64,000 nucleotides of DNA from an uncultured Acidobacteriota bacterium (GTDB lineage: Bacteria; Acidobacteriota; Vicinamibacteria; Fen-336), in the NCBI GenBank assembly GCA_964561785.1, contig CAZLRF010000029.1, positions 1-64,000 on the forward strand, given 5' to 3'. The notes beneath the pieces were generated by a model that was not told the DNA's origin, ran no database searches, and saw nothing but the letters and a program-made list of their open reading frames with translations. The position numbers and the translations under genes are program-made. Below, one piece after another: positions 30,584 to 40,211 of this stretch. The first letter of the stretch is position 1. Each line of letters starts with the position of its first letter.

Positions 30584-31813
30584 GTGCTGAACGCCATCTG
30601 GGCGGCGTTCTTCCTCGCGGCCTTCCTCGCGGGGCTGCACCAGTGGCTCGTGCTCGGCAACTCCCAGGTGTGGGCCCAGATGGTGGCCGCCGCGTTCGAC
30701 ATGGCGAAGACCGCGTTCGAGGTCTCGCTCGGCCTCACCGGGGTCATGTGCCTCTGGCTCGGGTTCATGAAGCTCGGCGAGCGGGGCGGGGCGGTCACGT
30801 TCCTCGGCCGCGCGGTCGATCCCCTCTTCCGCAGGCTGTTCCCCGGGATCCCGGCCGGCCACCCGGCCGGCCCGTCGATCGTCATGAACATGTCCGCGAA
30901 CATGCTCGGCCTCGACAACGCGGCGACGCCGCTCGGGCTCAAGGCGATGAGGGAGCTGCAGGAGCTCAACCCGGAGAAGGACACCGCCACCGACGACATG
31001 ATCCTGTTCCTCGTGATCAACACCTCGGCGGTGACGGTGATCCCGGTCGCGATCATGACCTACCGGGCGCAGCTCGGGGCGAAGGACCCGACCGACGTCT
31101 TCCTGCCCCTCCTGATCGCCACCTACTGCAGCACGCTCGCCGGGCTCCTCGTGACGGCCTGGGTGCAGAAGCTGCGCCTGCGCGACCCGGTGGTCGTCGC
31201 GTACGTCGGTGCTCTCACCGCGCTCGTCGGCGGGATCGTGGCCTGGGCCTCGCGGCTCGACCGCGCGACGCTCGAGGCGCACGCCGGCTTCTTCAGCAAC
31301 TTCGTGATCTTCGGCCTCATCCTCTCGTTCGTGGCCCTCGCCGCGTGGCGCAGGGTGCCGGTCTACGAGGCCTTCGTGGAGGGGGCGAAGGAGGGCTTCC
31401 AGGTGGCGGTCGGCATCATCCCCTACCTCGTGGCGATGCTCGTGGCGATCGGCATCCTGCGCGCGAGCGGCGCGCTCGACCGGGTCCTCGACGTCGTCCG
31501 GTGGGCCGTCACCTCTCTCGGGCTCGACACGCGCTGGGTGGACGCGCTGCCCGTCGGGCTCGTCCGGCCGCTCTCCGGCAGCGGCTCGCGCGGCCTCGTG
31601 ATCGAGACGATGAAGACGTTCGGGGCGGACTCGTTCGCCGGCCGCCTCGCCTGCGTCATCCAGGGCAGCACGGAGACGACGTTCTACATCCTCACCGTCT
31701 ACTTCGGCTCGGTGGGGATCCGGAAGTGGCGCCACGCCGTGCCCTGCGGGCTCGCCGCGGAGCTCGTGGGCTTCGTGGCCGCGGTGATGGTCAGCTACCT
31801 CTTCTTCGGATAG
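30584..31813 (+). CDS. SpmA/SpmB fusion, nucleoside-recognition (gate) domain membrane protein
   Basis: NMLGLDNAATPLGLKAM, FVEGAKEGF, RPLSGSG, GSTETTFYILTVYFGSV. Confidence 0.9.
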   Translation: MLNAIWAAFFLAAFLAGLHQWLVLGNSQVWAQMVAAAFDMAKTAFEVSLGLTGVMCLWLGFMKLGERGGAVTFLGRAVDPLFRRLFPGIPAGHPAGPSIVMNMSANMLGLDNAATPLGLKAMRELQELNPEKDTATDDMILFLVINTSAVTVIPVAIMTYRAQLGAKDPTDVFLPLLIATYCSTLAGLLVTAWVQKLRLRDPVVVAYVGALTALVGGIVAWASRLDRATLEAHAGFFSNFVIFGLILSFVALAAWRRVPVYEAFVEGAKEGFQVAVGIIPYLVAMLVAIGILRASGALDRVLDVVRWAVTSLGLDTRWVDALPVGLVRPLSGSGSRGLVIETMKTFGADSFAGRLACVIQGSTETTFYILTVYFGSVGIRKWRHAVPCGLAAELVGFVAAVMVSYLFFG

Positions 31814-31817
31814 GGCC

Positions 31818-32774
31818 ATGCACGACACTCGGGTGGCCGCCGTGCAGATGGAGTGCGCGGCGGGGGACAAGGCCGCCAACTTCGCGACGGTCGAGCGCCT
31901 CGCGCGCGAGGCCGCGTCGCGAGGGGCCGCGCTCGTGCTCTTTCCCGAGTGCTGCCTCACCGGCTACTGGTTCCTGCGCCGGCTGAGCGTCCCCGAGCTG
32001 GGTGCGCTCGCCGAGCCGGTGCCGGGCGGGCCGAGCTGCGAGCGCCTGCTCGCTCTCGCCGCCGGGCTCGGGGCGAGCGTGGGCGCGGGGCTCGTCGAGT
32101 CGGCGGGCGGGGGCGTCTTCCACGACACCTACGTCGTCGCCCTGCCCGACGGGCGGCTCGCCCGCCACCGCAAGATCCACGCCTTCGAGCACCCGTCGAT
32201 CCACGGCGGCGACGAGGTCACGGTGTTCGACACGCCGCACGGGTTCCGCGCGGGGCTGCTCGTCTGCTACGACAACAACATCGTCGAGAACGTGCGGATC
32301 GCGGCGCTGCGCGGGGCGGAGGTGCTGCTCGCCCCGCACCAGACCGGCGGCTGCCGGACGACCAACCCCCACCTCATGGGCGCGATCGAGCGCCGGCTCT
32401 GGGAGGAGCGCCACGCGCACCCGGAGGCGATCCTCCGGGAGCTGCGGGGCGAGAAGGGCCGGGGCTGGCTCATGCGCTGGCTGCCGAGCCGCGCCCACGA
32501 CAACGGCGTCTTCCTCGTCTTCAGCAACGGGGTCGGCGTCGACGACGACGAGATCCGGACGGGCAACGCGATGGTCCTCGACCCGTACGGCCGGGTGCTC
32601 GCCGAGTCCGAGAAGGCGGGCGACGACGTCGTGATCGCGGACCTCGACGCCTCGCTCCTCGAGAAGGCCACGGGGCGGCTGTGGATGCAGGCGCGCCGAC
32701 CCGGGCTCTACGCCGAGATCGCGCGGCCGACCGGCCGGGAGCGCGACGTGCACGATCTCAAGCACGAGGAATAG
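31818..32774 (+). CDS. Carbon-nitrogen hydrolase (nitrilase superfamily)
   Basis: FPEC (Glu), RKIH (Lys), VCYD (Cys) catalytic triad. Confidence 0.9.
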   Translation: MHDTRVAAVQMECAAGDKAANFATVERLAREAASRGAALVLFPECCLTGYWFLRRLSVPELGALAEPVPGGPSCERLLALAAGLGASVGAGLVESAGGGVFHDTYVVALPDGRLARHRKIHAFEHPSIHGGDEVTVFDTPHGFRAGLLVCYDNNIVENVRIAALRGAEVLLAPHQTGGCRTTNPHLMGAIERRLWEERHAHPEAILRELRGEKGRGWLMRWLPSRAHDNGVFLVFSNGVGVDDDEIRTGNAMVLDPYGRVLAESEKAGDDVVIADLDASLLEKATGRLWMQARRPGLYAEIARPTGRERDVHDLKHEE

Positions 32775-32811
32775 GCCCCGGCGTGTCCGGGCGGTCCTCT
32801 ATGATGGGCGG

Positions 32812-35800
32812 GTGAGCGCCCGCCCGGCCGAGCTGCCGTTCCGGCCCGCCGTGCGGGAGTGGTTCGCCGACACGTTCGAGGCGCCCACGAAGGCGCAGCG
32901 GCTCGGCTGGGCCGCGATCGCGCGGAGGGAGAGCGCCCTCGTCTTCGCGCCCACCGGCTCCGGGAAGACGCTCGCCGCCTTCCTCGCCGCGATCGACCGG
33001 CTGCTCTTCGACCCCGTGCCGACGAAAGCCGACCGCTGCCGCGTCGTCTACGTCTCGCCGCTCAAGGCCCTCGCGGTCGACGTCGAGCGGAACCTGCGCT
33101 CGCCGGTCGCGGGCATCGCGCGCGTGGCCGGACGGCGCGGGGAGGCGGTCCACCTCCCGCAGATCGCGATCCGCACCGGCGACACGCCGTCCGAGGAGCG
33201 CGCGCGGATGCTCCGCCACCCCCCCGACATCCTCATCACGACGCCGGAGTCGCTCTTCCTCGTCCTCACGTCGCGCGCCCGGGAGCTCCTGGGCTCGGTC
33301 GAGACCGTGATCGTGGACGAGATCCACGCCCTCGTGGGGACGAAGCGCGGGGCCCACCTCGCGCTCAGCCTGGAGCGGCTCGAGGAGACGGCGCGGCGGC
33401 CCCTCCAGCGGATCGGCCTCTCGGCGACGCAGCGCCCGCTCGAGGAGGTGGCGCGCTACCTCGGCGGGGGCGAGGGCCTGCGGACGTGGAAGCCGCGGCC
33501 GGTCGCGATCGTGGACGCGGGGGCGAAGAAGGCCTTCGACCTGCGGGTCGAGGTGCCGGTCGAGGACATGGCGCGGCTCGGGGAGGAGATCGTCCCCTCC
33601 CCGGACGAGATCCCCGAGGGCCCGGCGAGCGTCGTGAGCCGGCGCTCCATCTGGCCCGCGATCCACCCGCGGCTCCTCGAGCTCGTGCGGGCGCACCGCT
33701 CGACGATCCTCTTCGTCAACTCCCGGCGCCTCGCCGAACGGCTCGCCGCCGCCCTCAACGATCTCGCGGGGGAGGAGATCGCCCGAGCCCACCACGGCTC
33801 GATCGCCCGCGAGGAGCGCCTGATCGTCGAGGACGCGCTCAAGGCCGGGCGCCTGCCGGCCCTCGTGGCCACGTCCACGCTCGAGCTCGGGATCGACATG
33901 GGGGCGGTCGACCTCGTCGTCCAGATCGAGACCCCGGTGTCGGTCGCGAGCGGGATGCAGCGGATCGGGCGCGCGAGCCACCGGGTGGAGGCCGTCTCGC
34001 GCGGGGTGATCTTCCCCAAGTACCGGGGCGACCTGCTCGCGAGCGCCGCGATCACGAAGGCGATGAAGGAGGGCGCGGTCGAGGAGACGCGCGTCCCCCA
34101 GAACCCGCTCGACGTCCTCGCCCAGCACCTCGTGGCCGCGGTGGCGCTCGGCGAGCGCAAGGCGGACGAGCTCTACGCGCTCGTGCGCCGGGCGGCGCCG
34201 TACTCGGCCCTCGCCCGGGCCCAGTTCGAGGGCGTTCTCGACATGCTCTGCGGCCGCTACCCCTCGGACGAGTTCGCAGAGCTGCGGCCCCGCCTCGTGT
34301 GGGACCGCCTGCGCGGCGTGGTGAAGCCGCGCGAGGGCACGCAGCGGCTCGTCGTGCACAACGCGGGCACGATCCCCGACCGGGGGCTCTACGGCGTCTT
34401 CCTCGCCGAGGGCGACGGCGGCGGCCGGCGGGTCGGCGAGCTCGACGAGGAGATGGTCTTCGAGAGCCGGGTGGGCGAGGTCTTCGTCCTCGGGGCCACG
34501 AGCTGGCGGATCACGGAGATCACGCGCGACCGCGTCCTCGTCGTGCCCGCCCCCGGCGAGCCGGGCAAGATGCCGTTCTGGAAGGCCGACCGGGGCGGCC
34601 GGCCGGTCGAGATGGGCCGGGCGATCGGCCGGCTCACCCGCGAGATCGCCGCGATGACGCCGGAGGAGGCGAACGAGCGGCTCCAGCGCGAGCACGACCT
34701 CGACCCCCTCGCGGCGAAGAACCTCCTCGCCTACCTCGAGGAGCAGCGCGAGGCGACCGGCGTGCTCCCCGACGACCGGACGATCGTCCTCGAGCGGACC
34801 CGCGACGAGATGGGCGACTGGCGCCTGTGCCTGCTGTCCCCGTGGGGAGGCCGCGTCCACGCGCCGTGGGCGACCGCGCTCGAGGCGCACCTGCGCCGCT
34901 CGGGGGAGGCCGAGGTCGAGTCCGTCTTCTGCGACGACGGGATCGTCCTGCGCCTGCCGGAGCGCGAGCGCCCGCCCGAGGCGGCGGACCTCCTGCCGGA
35001 CCCGGAGGAGATCGAGGACCTCGTGGTGCGGGAGCTGGGGGGCACGAGCCTCTTCGCCGCGCGCTTCCGCGAGGCGGCGGCGCGGGCCCTCCTCCTCCCG
35101 CGCCGGCGGCCGGGCCAGAGGACACCCCTGTGGATGCAGAGGAAGCGCGCCCACGACCTGCTGCAGGTCGCCTCGCGCTACCCGTCCTTTCCGATCGTCC
35201 TCGAGACCTACCGCGAGTGCCTGCGCGACGTGTTCGACCTGCCCGGCCTCGTGGAGCTCGCACGGCGCGTGCGCCGCCGCGAGATCCGCCTCGTCACCGT
35301 CGACACCCAGGCGCCCTCGCCCTTCTCGGCCTCGCTCCTCTTCGGCTACGTCGCGAACTACCTCTATGAGGGCGACGCGCCCCTGGCCGAGCGGCGGGCC
35401 CAGGCCCTCGCCGTCGACCAGGCTCAGCTGCGCGAGCTACTCGGCGAGGCGGAGCTGCGCGAGCTGCTCGACCGACACGCCCTCGCCGAGCTCGAGACGA
35501 CGCTGCAGTGCCTCGACCCGGCGCGCCAGGCCACGAGCCCCGAGCGGCTCCACGACCTGCTGCTCCGCCTCGGCGAGCTCTCGCGGGAGGAGGCGGCGGC
35601 GCGCGTGCGGCCTCTGCCCGACGGCGACGCCGCGGCGGCGGCCGCGGCCTGGCTCGCGACGCTCGAGCGCGAGCGCCGGGCGATCCGCGTTCACGTGGCC
35701 GGCGAGGAGCGGTGGGCCGCGGCCGAGGACGCCGGCCGGCTGCGCGACGCGCTCGGCGTGGTCCCGCCCCCGGGCCTTCCCGGGGCGTTCCTCGAGCGCC

Positions 35801-37344
35801 AGCCCCACGCCCTGCGCGAGGTCGTCTCGCGCTACGCCCGGACCCACGGACCGTTCACCGCGGCCGAGCTCGCCCGCCGCTACGCGACGGGCGAGGCCCC
35901 CGTGCTCGCGGCCCTCGTCGAGCTCCAGGCGGACGGCCGGGTTCTCGAGGGCGAGTTCCGGCCCGGGGGCCACGGACGCGAGTGGTGCTCGGCCGACGTC
36001 CTCGCCACGCTGCGGCGCCGGTCGCTCGCCGCCCTGCGCAAACAGGTCGAGCCGGCCGAGCCCTCCGCCCTCGCCCGGCTCCTCGTGGACTGGCAGGGGA
36101 TCGCCCTCGCGCCCTCGACCCGCCGCGGCCCCGACGCCCTCCTCGACGTCGTCGAGCAGCTCCAGGGCGCGGCGGTGCCGGCCTCGATCCTCGAGCGGGA
36201 CGTCCTGCCGGCGCGGCTTCCCGGCTACTGGCCGGAGGACCTCGACACGCTGTGCGCCGCGGGCGAGGTCGTCTGGGTCGGCCTCGGCCCGCTGGGCGAC
36301 CGCGACGGGCGCCTCGCCCTCTTCCTGGCCGACGACCTGCCGCTTCTCCTCCCGCCCCGGTCCGAGCCCCCGCTCGGCGAGGTCCACGAGCGCGTCCGCG
36401 AGCACCTCGCGAAGCACGGGGCGTCCTTCTTCGGGGAGATCCAGGACGCGGCGGGCGGCGGTCTCGCCCGGCCGGTCCTCGACGCGCTGTGGGACCTCGC
36501 GTGGGCGGGCGAGGTCACGAACGACACGCCGGGGGCGCTGCGGGCCTTCGTCGCGACGCACGCGGTCCGGGCGGAGCGCCGCTCTCGCGTGTCGGTCTTC
36601 CGCTCGCGGAGGCAGGTGCCGCCCTCGGCGGTCGGCCGGTGGAGCCGGGTGCCGCTGCCCCGCCGCCCGCCGAGCCCCACCGAGAGGATGAAGGCGCTCG
36701 CCGAGCAGCTCCTGAAGCGCCACGGCGTGCTCACCCGCGACGCGGTCGTCTTCGAGGAGGTGCCGGGCGGCTTCTCGGCCGTCTACCCGGTGCTGAAGGC
36801 GCTCGAGGAGGCCGGCCGTATCCGCCGCGGGTACTTCGTGGCCGGCCTCGGCGGCCTGCAGTTCGCCGACCCCGGCGCCCTCGACCGCCTGCGTGCGCGG
36901 CGCGAGGCCGACCCCGAGTCGCCGCAGGCGGTCGTCCTCGCCGCGGCCGACCCCGCGAACCCCTACGGTGCGGCGCTCGGCTGGCCGCGAGCCGGCGACG
37001 CGCGCCTCGCCCGCGCGGCCGGCCCGCACGTCGTCCTCGTGGACGGCGCGCTCGCGGCGGTCGTCGCCCGGGGCGGCCGCCAGGTCACGCCTCTCCTGCC
37101 GGACGAGGAGCCGGCCCGCTCGCACGTGGCCACTGCCGCCGCGCAGGCCCTCCGCCGCTGGTGCGAGAGAGGCGGCGGCCCCGCCCTCGGCTGGGCGGTA
37201 GGTGAAGGCCCGGCCCTCGCCGAGAGCCCGCTCGCACCGTATCTCGTCGAAGCCGGGTTCGTCCGATCCGGGCCGGGGTTTCGCACCTCTCGGGACCCCG
37301 GTGGAGCGGGTCCCGAGAGGCCCACCGATCTCGCAGAACCCTGA
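32812..37344 (+). CDS. lhr: Lhr-type ATP-dependent DEAD/H helicase, long form (1510 aa)
   Basis: APTGSGKT, DEIH, SAT, TSTLELGIDMG, QRIGRA, plus a long C-terminal winged-helix region typical of bacterial long Lhr. Confidence 0.92.
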   Translation: MSARPAELPFRPAVREWFADTFEAPTKAQRLGWAAIARRESALVFAPTGSGKTLAAFLAAIDRLLFDPVPTKADRCRVVYVSPLKALAVDVERNLRSPVAGIARVAGRRGEAVHLPQIAIRTGDTPSEERARMLRHPPDILITTPESLFLVLTSRARELLGSVETVIVDEIHALVGTKRGAHLALSLERLEETARRPLQRIGLSATQRPLEEVARYLGGGEGLRTWKPRPVAIVDAGAKKAFDLRVEVPVEDMARLGEEIVPSPDEIPEGPASVVSRRSIWPAIHPRLLELVRAHRSTILFVNSRRLAERLAAALNDLAGEEIARAHHGSIAREERLIVEDALKAGRLPALVATSTLELGIDMGAVDLVVQIETPVSVASGMQRIGRASHRVEAVSRGVIFPKYRGDLLASAAITKAMKEGAVEETRVPQNPLDVLAQHLVAAVALGERKADELYALVRRAAPYSALARAQFEGVLDMLCGRYPSDEFAELRPRLVWDRLRGVVKPREGTQRLVVHNAGTIPDRGLYGVFLAEGDGGGRRVGELDEEMVFESRVGEVFVLGATSWRITEITRDRVLVVPAPGEPGKMPFWKADRGGRPVEMGRAIGRLTREIAAMTPEEANERLQREHDLDPLAAKNLLAYLEEQREATGVLPDDRTIVLERTRDEMGDWRLCLLSPWGGRVHAPWATALEAHLRRSGEAEVESVFCDDGIVLRLPERERPPEAADLLPDPEEIEDLVVRELGGTSLFAARFREAAARALLLPRRRPGQRTPLWMQRKRAHDLLQVASRYPSFPIVLETYRECLRDVFDLPGLVELARRVRRREIRLVTVDTQAPSPFSASLLFGYVANYLYEGDAPLAERRAQALAVDQAQLRELLGEAELRELLDRHALAELETTLQCLDPARQATSPERLHDLLLRLGELSREEAAARVRPLPDGDAAAAAAAWLATLERERRAIRVHVAGEERWAAAEDAGRLRDALGVVPPPGLPGAFLERQPHALREVVSRYARTHGPFTAAELARRYATGEAPVLAALVELQADGRVLEGEFRPGGHGREWCSADVLATLRRRSLAALRKQVEPAEPSALARLLVDWQGIALAPSTRRGPDALLDVVEQLQGAAVPASILERDVLPARLPGYWPEDLDTLCAAGEVVWVGLGPLGDRDGRLALFLADDLPLLLPPRSEPPLGEVHERVREHLAKHGASFFGEIQDAAGGGLARPVLDALWDLAWAGEVTNDTPGALRAFVATHAVRAERRSRVSVFRSRRQVPPSAVGRWSRVPLPRRPPSPTERMKALAEQLLKRHGVLTRDAVVFEEVPGGFSAVYPVLKALEEAGRIRRGYFVAGLGGLQFADPGALDRLRARREADPESPQAVVLAAADPANPYGAALGWPRAGDARLARAAGPHVVLVDGALAAVVARGGRQVTPLLPDEEPARSHVATAAAQALRRWCERGGGPALGWAVGEGPALAESPLAPYLVEAGFVRSGPGFRTSRDPGGAGPERPTDLAEP

Positions 37345-37360
37345 GGAAGGCCGGTCCCCC

Positions 37361-38068
37361 ATGCCCCCTGCTCCCCACCCCCTCGTCGACTCCGCCCAGC
37401 GCCTCACCCGCCACCTCTCCGAGGACTTTCTCGGCGGACCCCGCCCCCTGCGCATGGCCGACGTCATCAACTTCCAGAAGGGCCTCACCGCGCCGTTCGT
37501 CCTCGCCCTGATGGCCCTCTACGACAACTTCACGACCACCGCGTGGGTCTACCTCGCTCTCCACGGCTCGTACGGCCTTCTCTGGCTGATGAAGCACCGG
37601 GCCTTCCCCGACGCGCGCTGGGAGAAGCGCGTCACGATCGGCGGCGCCGTGATGTCCTTCCTGCTCGTCCTCGGCCCCTACTGGGTGCTGCCGTGGCTGC
37701 TCGTCTCCCGCCAGACGCAGGCTTGCGCGCCGCTCCTCGCCGCCGCGATCGCGCTGCACACGGTGGGCGTCGCGGTCATGCTCGCCGCCGACGCGCAGAA
37801 GCACTTCACGCTCCGCGCGCGGCCCGGGCTCATCACCGACGGGATGCACGCGCGCAGCCGCCACCCCAACTATCTCGGCGAGATGATGCTCTACGGCGCC
37901 TACGCCCTCCTCGTGCGGCACTGGCTGGCGTGGGCGATCCTCGCCTGGGTGTGGACCGCGATCTTCCTCGTCAACATCCTCGCCCAGGAGGCGTCGCTCG
38001 GGCGCCACCCCGGCTTCGCCGCGTGGCGCGCGCGCAGCGGGCTGCTCCTGCCCCGGCTGCGCCCCTGA
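37361..38068 (+). CDS. DUF1295 / steroid reductase-methyltransferase-like membrane protein
   Basis: Multi-TM; ADAQK and GLITDG...SRHPNYLGEM motif. Confidence 0.75.
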   Translation: MPPAPHPLVDSAQRLTRHLSEDFLGGPRPLRMADVINFQKGLTAPFVLALMALYDNFTTTAWVYLALHGSYGLLWLMKHRAFPDARWEKRVTIGGAVMSFLLVLGPYWVLPWLLVSRQTQACAPLLAAAIALHTVGVAVMLAADAQKHFTLRARPGLITDGMHARSRHPNYLGEMMLYGAYALLVRHWLAWAILAWVWTAIFLVNILAQEASLGRHPGFAAWRARSGLLLPRLRP

Positions 38069-38155
38069 GCCCCGGCCGCCGGTGGTATCGTCCCCGGAGT
38101 CTCCCCGGGGGCCCTGCGACGAAGCGGAGCCCGGGGGCTTCACAGGAGGAGTCCG

Positions 38156-38728
38156 ATGGAGATCGACAAGGACAAGCTGGCCGCGATCCTCGCCCGGAAC
38201 TGGTGGGTGCTGCTCCTGCGCGGGGTCGTCGCCATCGCCTTCGGCGTGGTGGCCTGGCTGCAGCCGGGCCTCTCGGTGGCGGCGCTGGTGCTCTTGTTCG
38301 GCGCGTACTCGCTGGCGGACGGCGTCCTCGGCGCGTGGTCGGCGATCGCGGGGCGCAAGGAGAAGGAGCACTGGTGGGTTCTGCTGCTCGAGGGGCTCGT
38401 GGGCATCGGCGTGGGCCTGCTCACCCTCTTCGCTCCCGGCATCACCGCCCTCGCGCTGCTGTTCTACATCGCGATCTGGGCGATTGCGACCGGCGTCCTC
38501 GAGATCGTGGCCGCCATCCGCCTGCGGAAGGAGATCGAGGGCGAGTGGCTGCTCGTCCTGGGCGGGCTCGCCTCGGTGGCGTTCGGTGTCCTGCTGATGG
38601 CGCGGCCCGGGGCGGGGGCGCTCGCGGTGCTGTGGCTGATCGCGGCCTACTCGATCGCGTTCGGGGTGATTCTCGTGATCCTCGCCTTCAAGGCGCGGGG
38701 CTTCGGACAGGCCCTCGCCGCGAAGTAG
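38156..38728 (+). CDS. HdeD family membrane protein
   Basis: NWWVLLLRGVVAIAFG, six TM segments, GVLEIVAAIRLRKEIEGEW. Confidence 0.85.
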   Translation: MEIDKDKLAAILARNWWVLLLRGVVAIAFGVVAWLQPGLSVAALVLLFGAYSLADGVLGAWSAIAGRKEKEHWWVLLLEGLVGIGVGLLTLFAPGITALALLFYIAIWAIATGVLEIVAAIRLRKEIEGEWLLVLGGLASVAFGVLLMARPGAGALAVLWLIAAYSIAFGVILVILAFKARGFGQALAAK

Positions 38729-38737
38729 CGGGCGCCG

Positions 38738-39541
38738 GTGCCCGAGGGCGACACGCTCTGGAAGACCGCACGGTCGCTCGACGCGGCCCTCGCGCGGAAG
38801 GTCCTGGTCGGCCTGGCGTCGCCCCTGCCGGCGGTCGCCGCCGCCGCGCGGCGGCTGGGCGTCGTCGGCCGGACGATCACGGCGGTGGAGGCCCGCGGCA
38901 AGCACCTCCTCGTGCGCTTCGAGGGCGGGGCGGCGCTGCACACCCACCTCGGGATGCGGGGGAGCTGGCGCATCGCTCGCCGGGCGAGCGCGACGGCTCC
39001 CTCGCCGCGGGGGCGGGTGGTGGTGCTGACGAGCGACGTCGCGGCCGCGTGCACGCTCGCACCGGTCGTGGAGCTGCTCTCGCCGGACGAGCTCGCCCGG
39101 CACCCGGCGCTCGTCCGGCTCGGGCCCGACCTGCTCGCGCCCGGCTTCGACCCCGCCACCGCCCGCCGCCGCCTGCGGGAGCGGGGCGAGCTCCCGGTCG
39201 GCGTCGCCCTCCTGGACCAGACCGCGCTCGCCGGCATCGGCAACGTCTACAAGTCGGAGGTCCTGTTCCTCGGCCGCGTCTCGCCCTTCGCCCGCGTGCG
39301 CGACCTGGATGACGCGACGCTCGACCGTCTCGTCGCCACGGCCGCAGAGCTCCTGCGCCGCAACCTCGGCGCCGGGACACGACGGACCACCTCGCCCCTC
39401 GCCCCCGGGCGGCTGTGGGTCTACCGGCGGTCGGGCCTGCCGTGCCGGCGATGCGGGGCGCAGATCGTCCGCCGCGTCCAGGGCGAGCAGGCGCGCTCGA
39501 CGTACTTCTGCCCCGTCTGCCAGGCCGCGCCCGTCGGTTAA
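38738..39541 (+). CDS. Fpg/Nei family DNA glycosylase (Nei-like)
   Basis: N-terminal PEG, GKHL, H2TH motif LLDQ..AGIGNVYKSE, C-terminal zinc finger CxxC...CxxC. Confidence 0.92.
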   Translation: MPEGDTLWKTARSLDAALARKVLVGLASPLPAVAAAARRLGVVGRTITAVEARGKHLLVRFEGGAALHTHLGMRGSWRIARRASATAPSPRGRVVVLTSDVAAACTLAPVVELLSPDELARHPALVRLGPDLLAPGFDPATARRRLRERGELPVGVALLDQTALAGIGNVYKSEVLFLGRVSPFARVRDLDDATLDRLVATAAELLRRNLGAGTRRTTSPLAPGRLWVYRRSGLPCRRCGAQIVRRVQGEQARSTYFCPVCQAAPVG

Positions 39542-39589
39542 CGGTCGGCCCCGCCCCGGCGTCTCGTCATCGAAACGGGAGGAGACACG

Positions 39590-40207
39590 ATGCGAACGAG
39601 GCTCGCGCTCGCGGCAATGATGGCGGCGTCCCTGCCGGTCCGAGCGCCCGGTGCCCCGTCCGCGGCCGGGCCCTGCGCCGGGGCGCCGGCGCGCCTCGTG
39701 ATCGCCGGGTCGCAGGAGAGAGGGACCCCGCTGCGGGTCAAAGGACGCGTGCTCCAGCCCGACGGCCGGACGCCGGCTCCGGGAGTCACGGTCTACGCCT
39801 ACCAGGCCGACGCGAGCGGGCTCTACGCCCGCGAGGGGGGCGCGGAGCCGCGGCTGCGGGGCTTCCTGACGACGGATGCCGAGGGCCGCTTCGAGTACCG
39901 GACCGTCCGTCCTGCGCCCTACCCGGGAGGCCGCGTGGCCGCACACGTCCACCACCAGCTCTGGGGAGGCGGGTGGCCCGCGCAGTGGAGCGAGGACCTG
40001 CTCTTCGCGGACGACCCTCTCGTCAGCCCGCGCGAGAGGGAGCGCTCCGCGCAGCGCGGCCGCTTCGGCGGGATCCGGCAGCCGGTCCGGGGACCAGACG
40101 GCGTGCTCGAGGTCGAGATCGAGCTGCGACTCGAGCCGCGGGGCGACCGCTTCGAGCCCGGGACCCGCCACGGGATCGACGCCTGCGGGATCGCGCCCGC
40201 GCCCTGA
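39590..40207 (+). CDS. Secreted intradiol ring-cleavage dioxygenase-like protein
   Basis: Signal peptide; GTPLRVKGRV, YQADASGLY, RGFLTTDAEGRFEYRTVRPAPY, AHVH. Confidence 0.8.
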   Translation: MRTRLALAAMMAASLPVRAPGAPSAAGPCAGAPARLVIAGSQERGTPLRVKGRVLQPDGRTPAPGVTVYAYQADASGLYAREGGAEPRLRGFLTTDAEGRFEYRTVRPAPYPGGRVAAHVHHQLWGGGWPAQWSEDLLFADDPLVSPRERERSAQRGRFGGIRQPVRGPDGVLEVEIELRLEPRGDRFEPGTRHGIDACGIAPAP

Positions 40208-40211
40208 GGGC

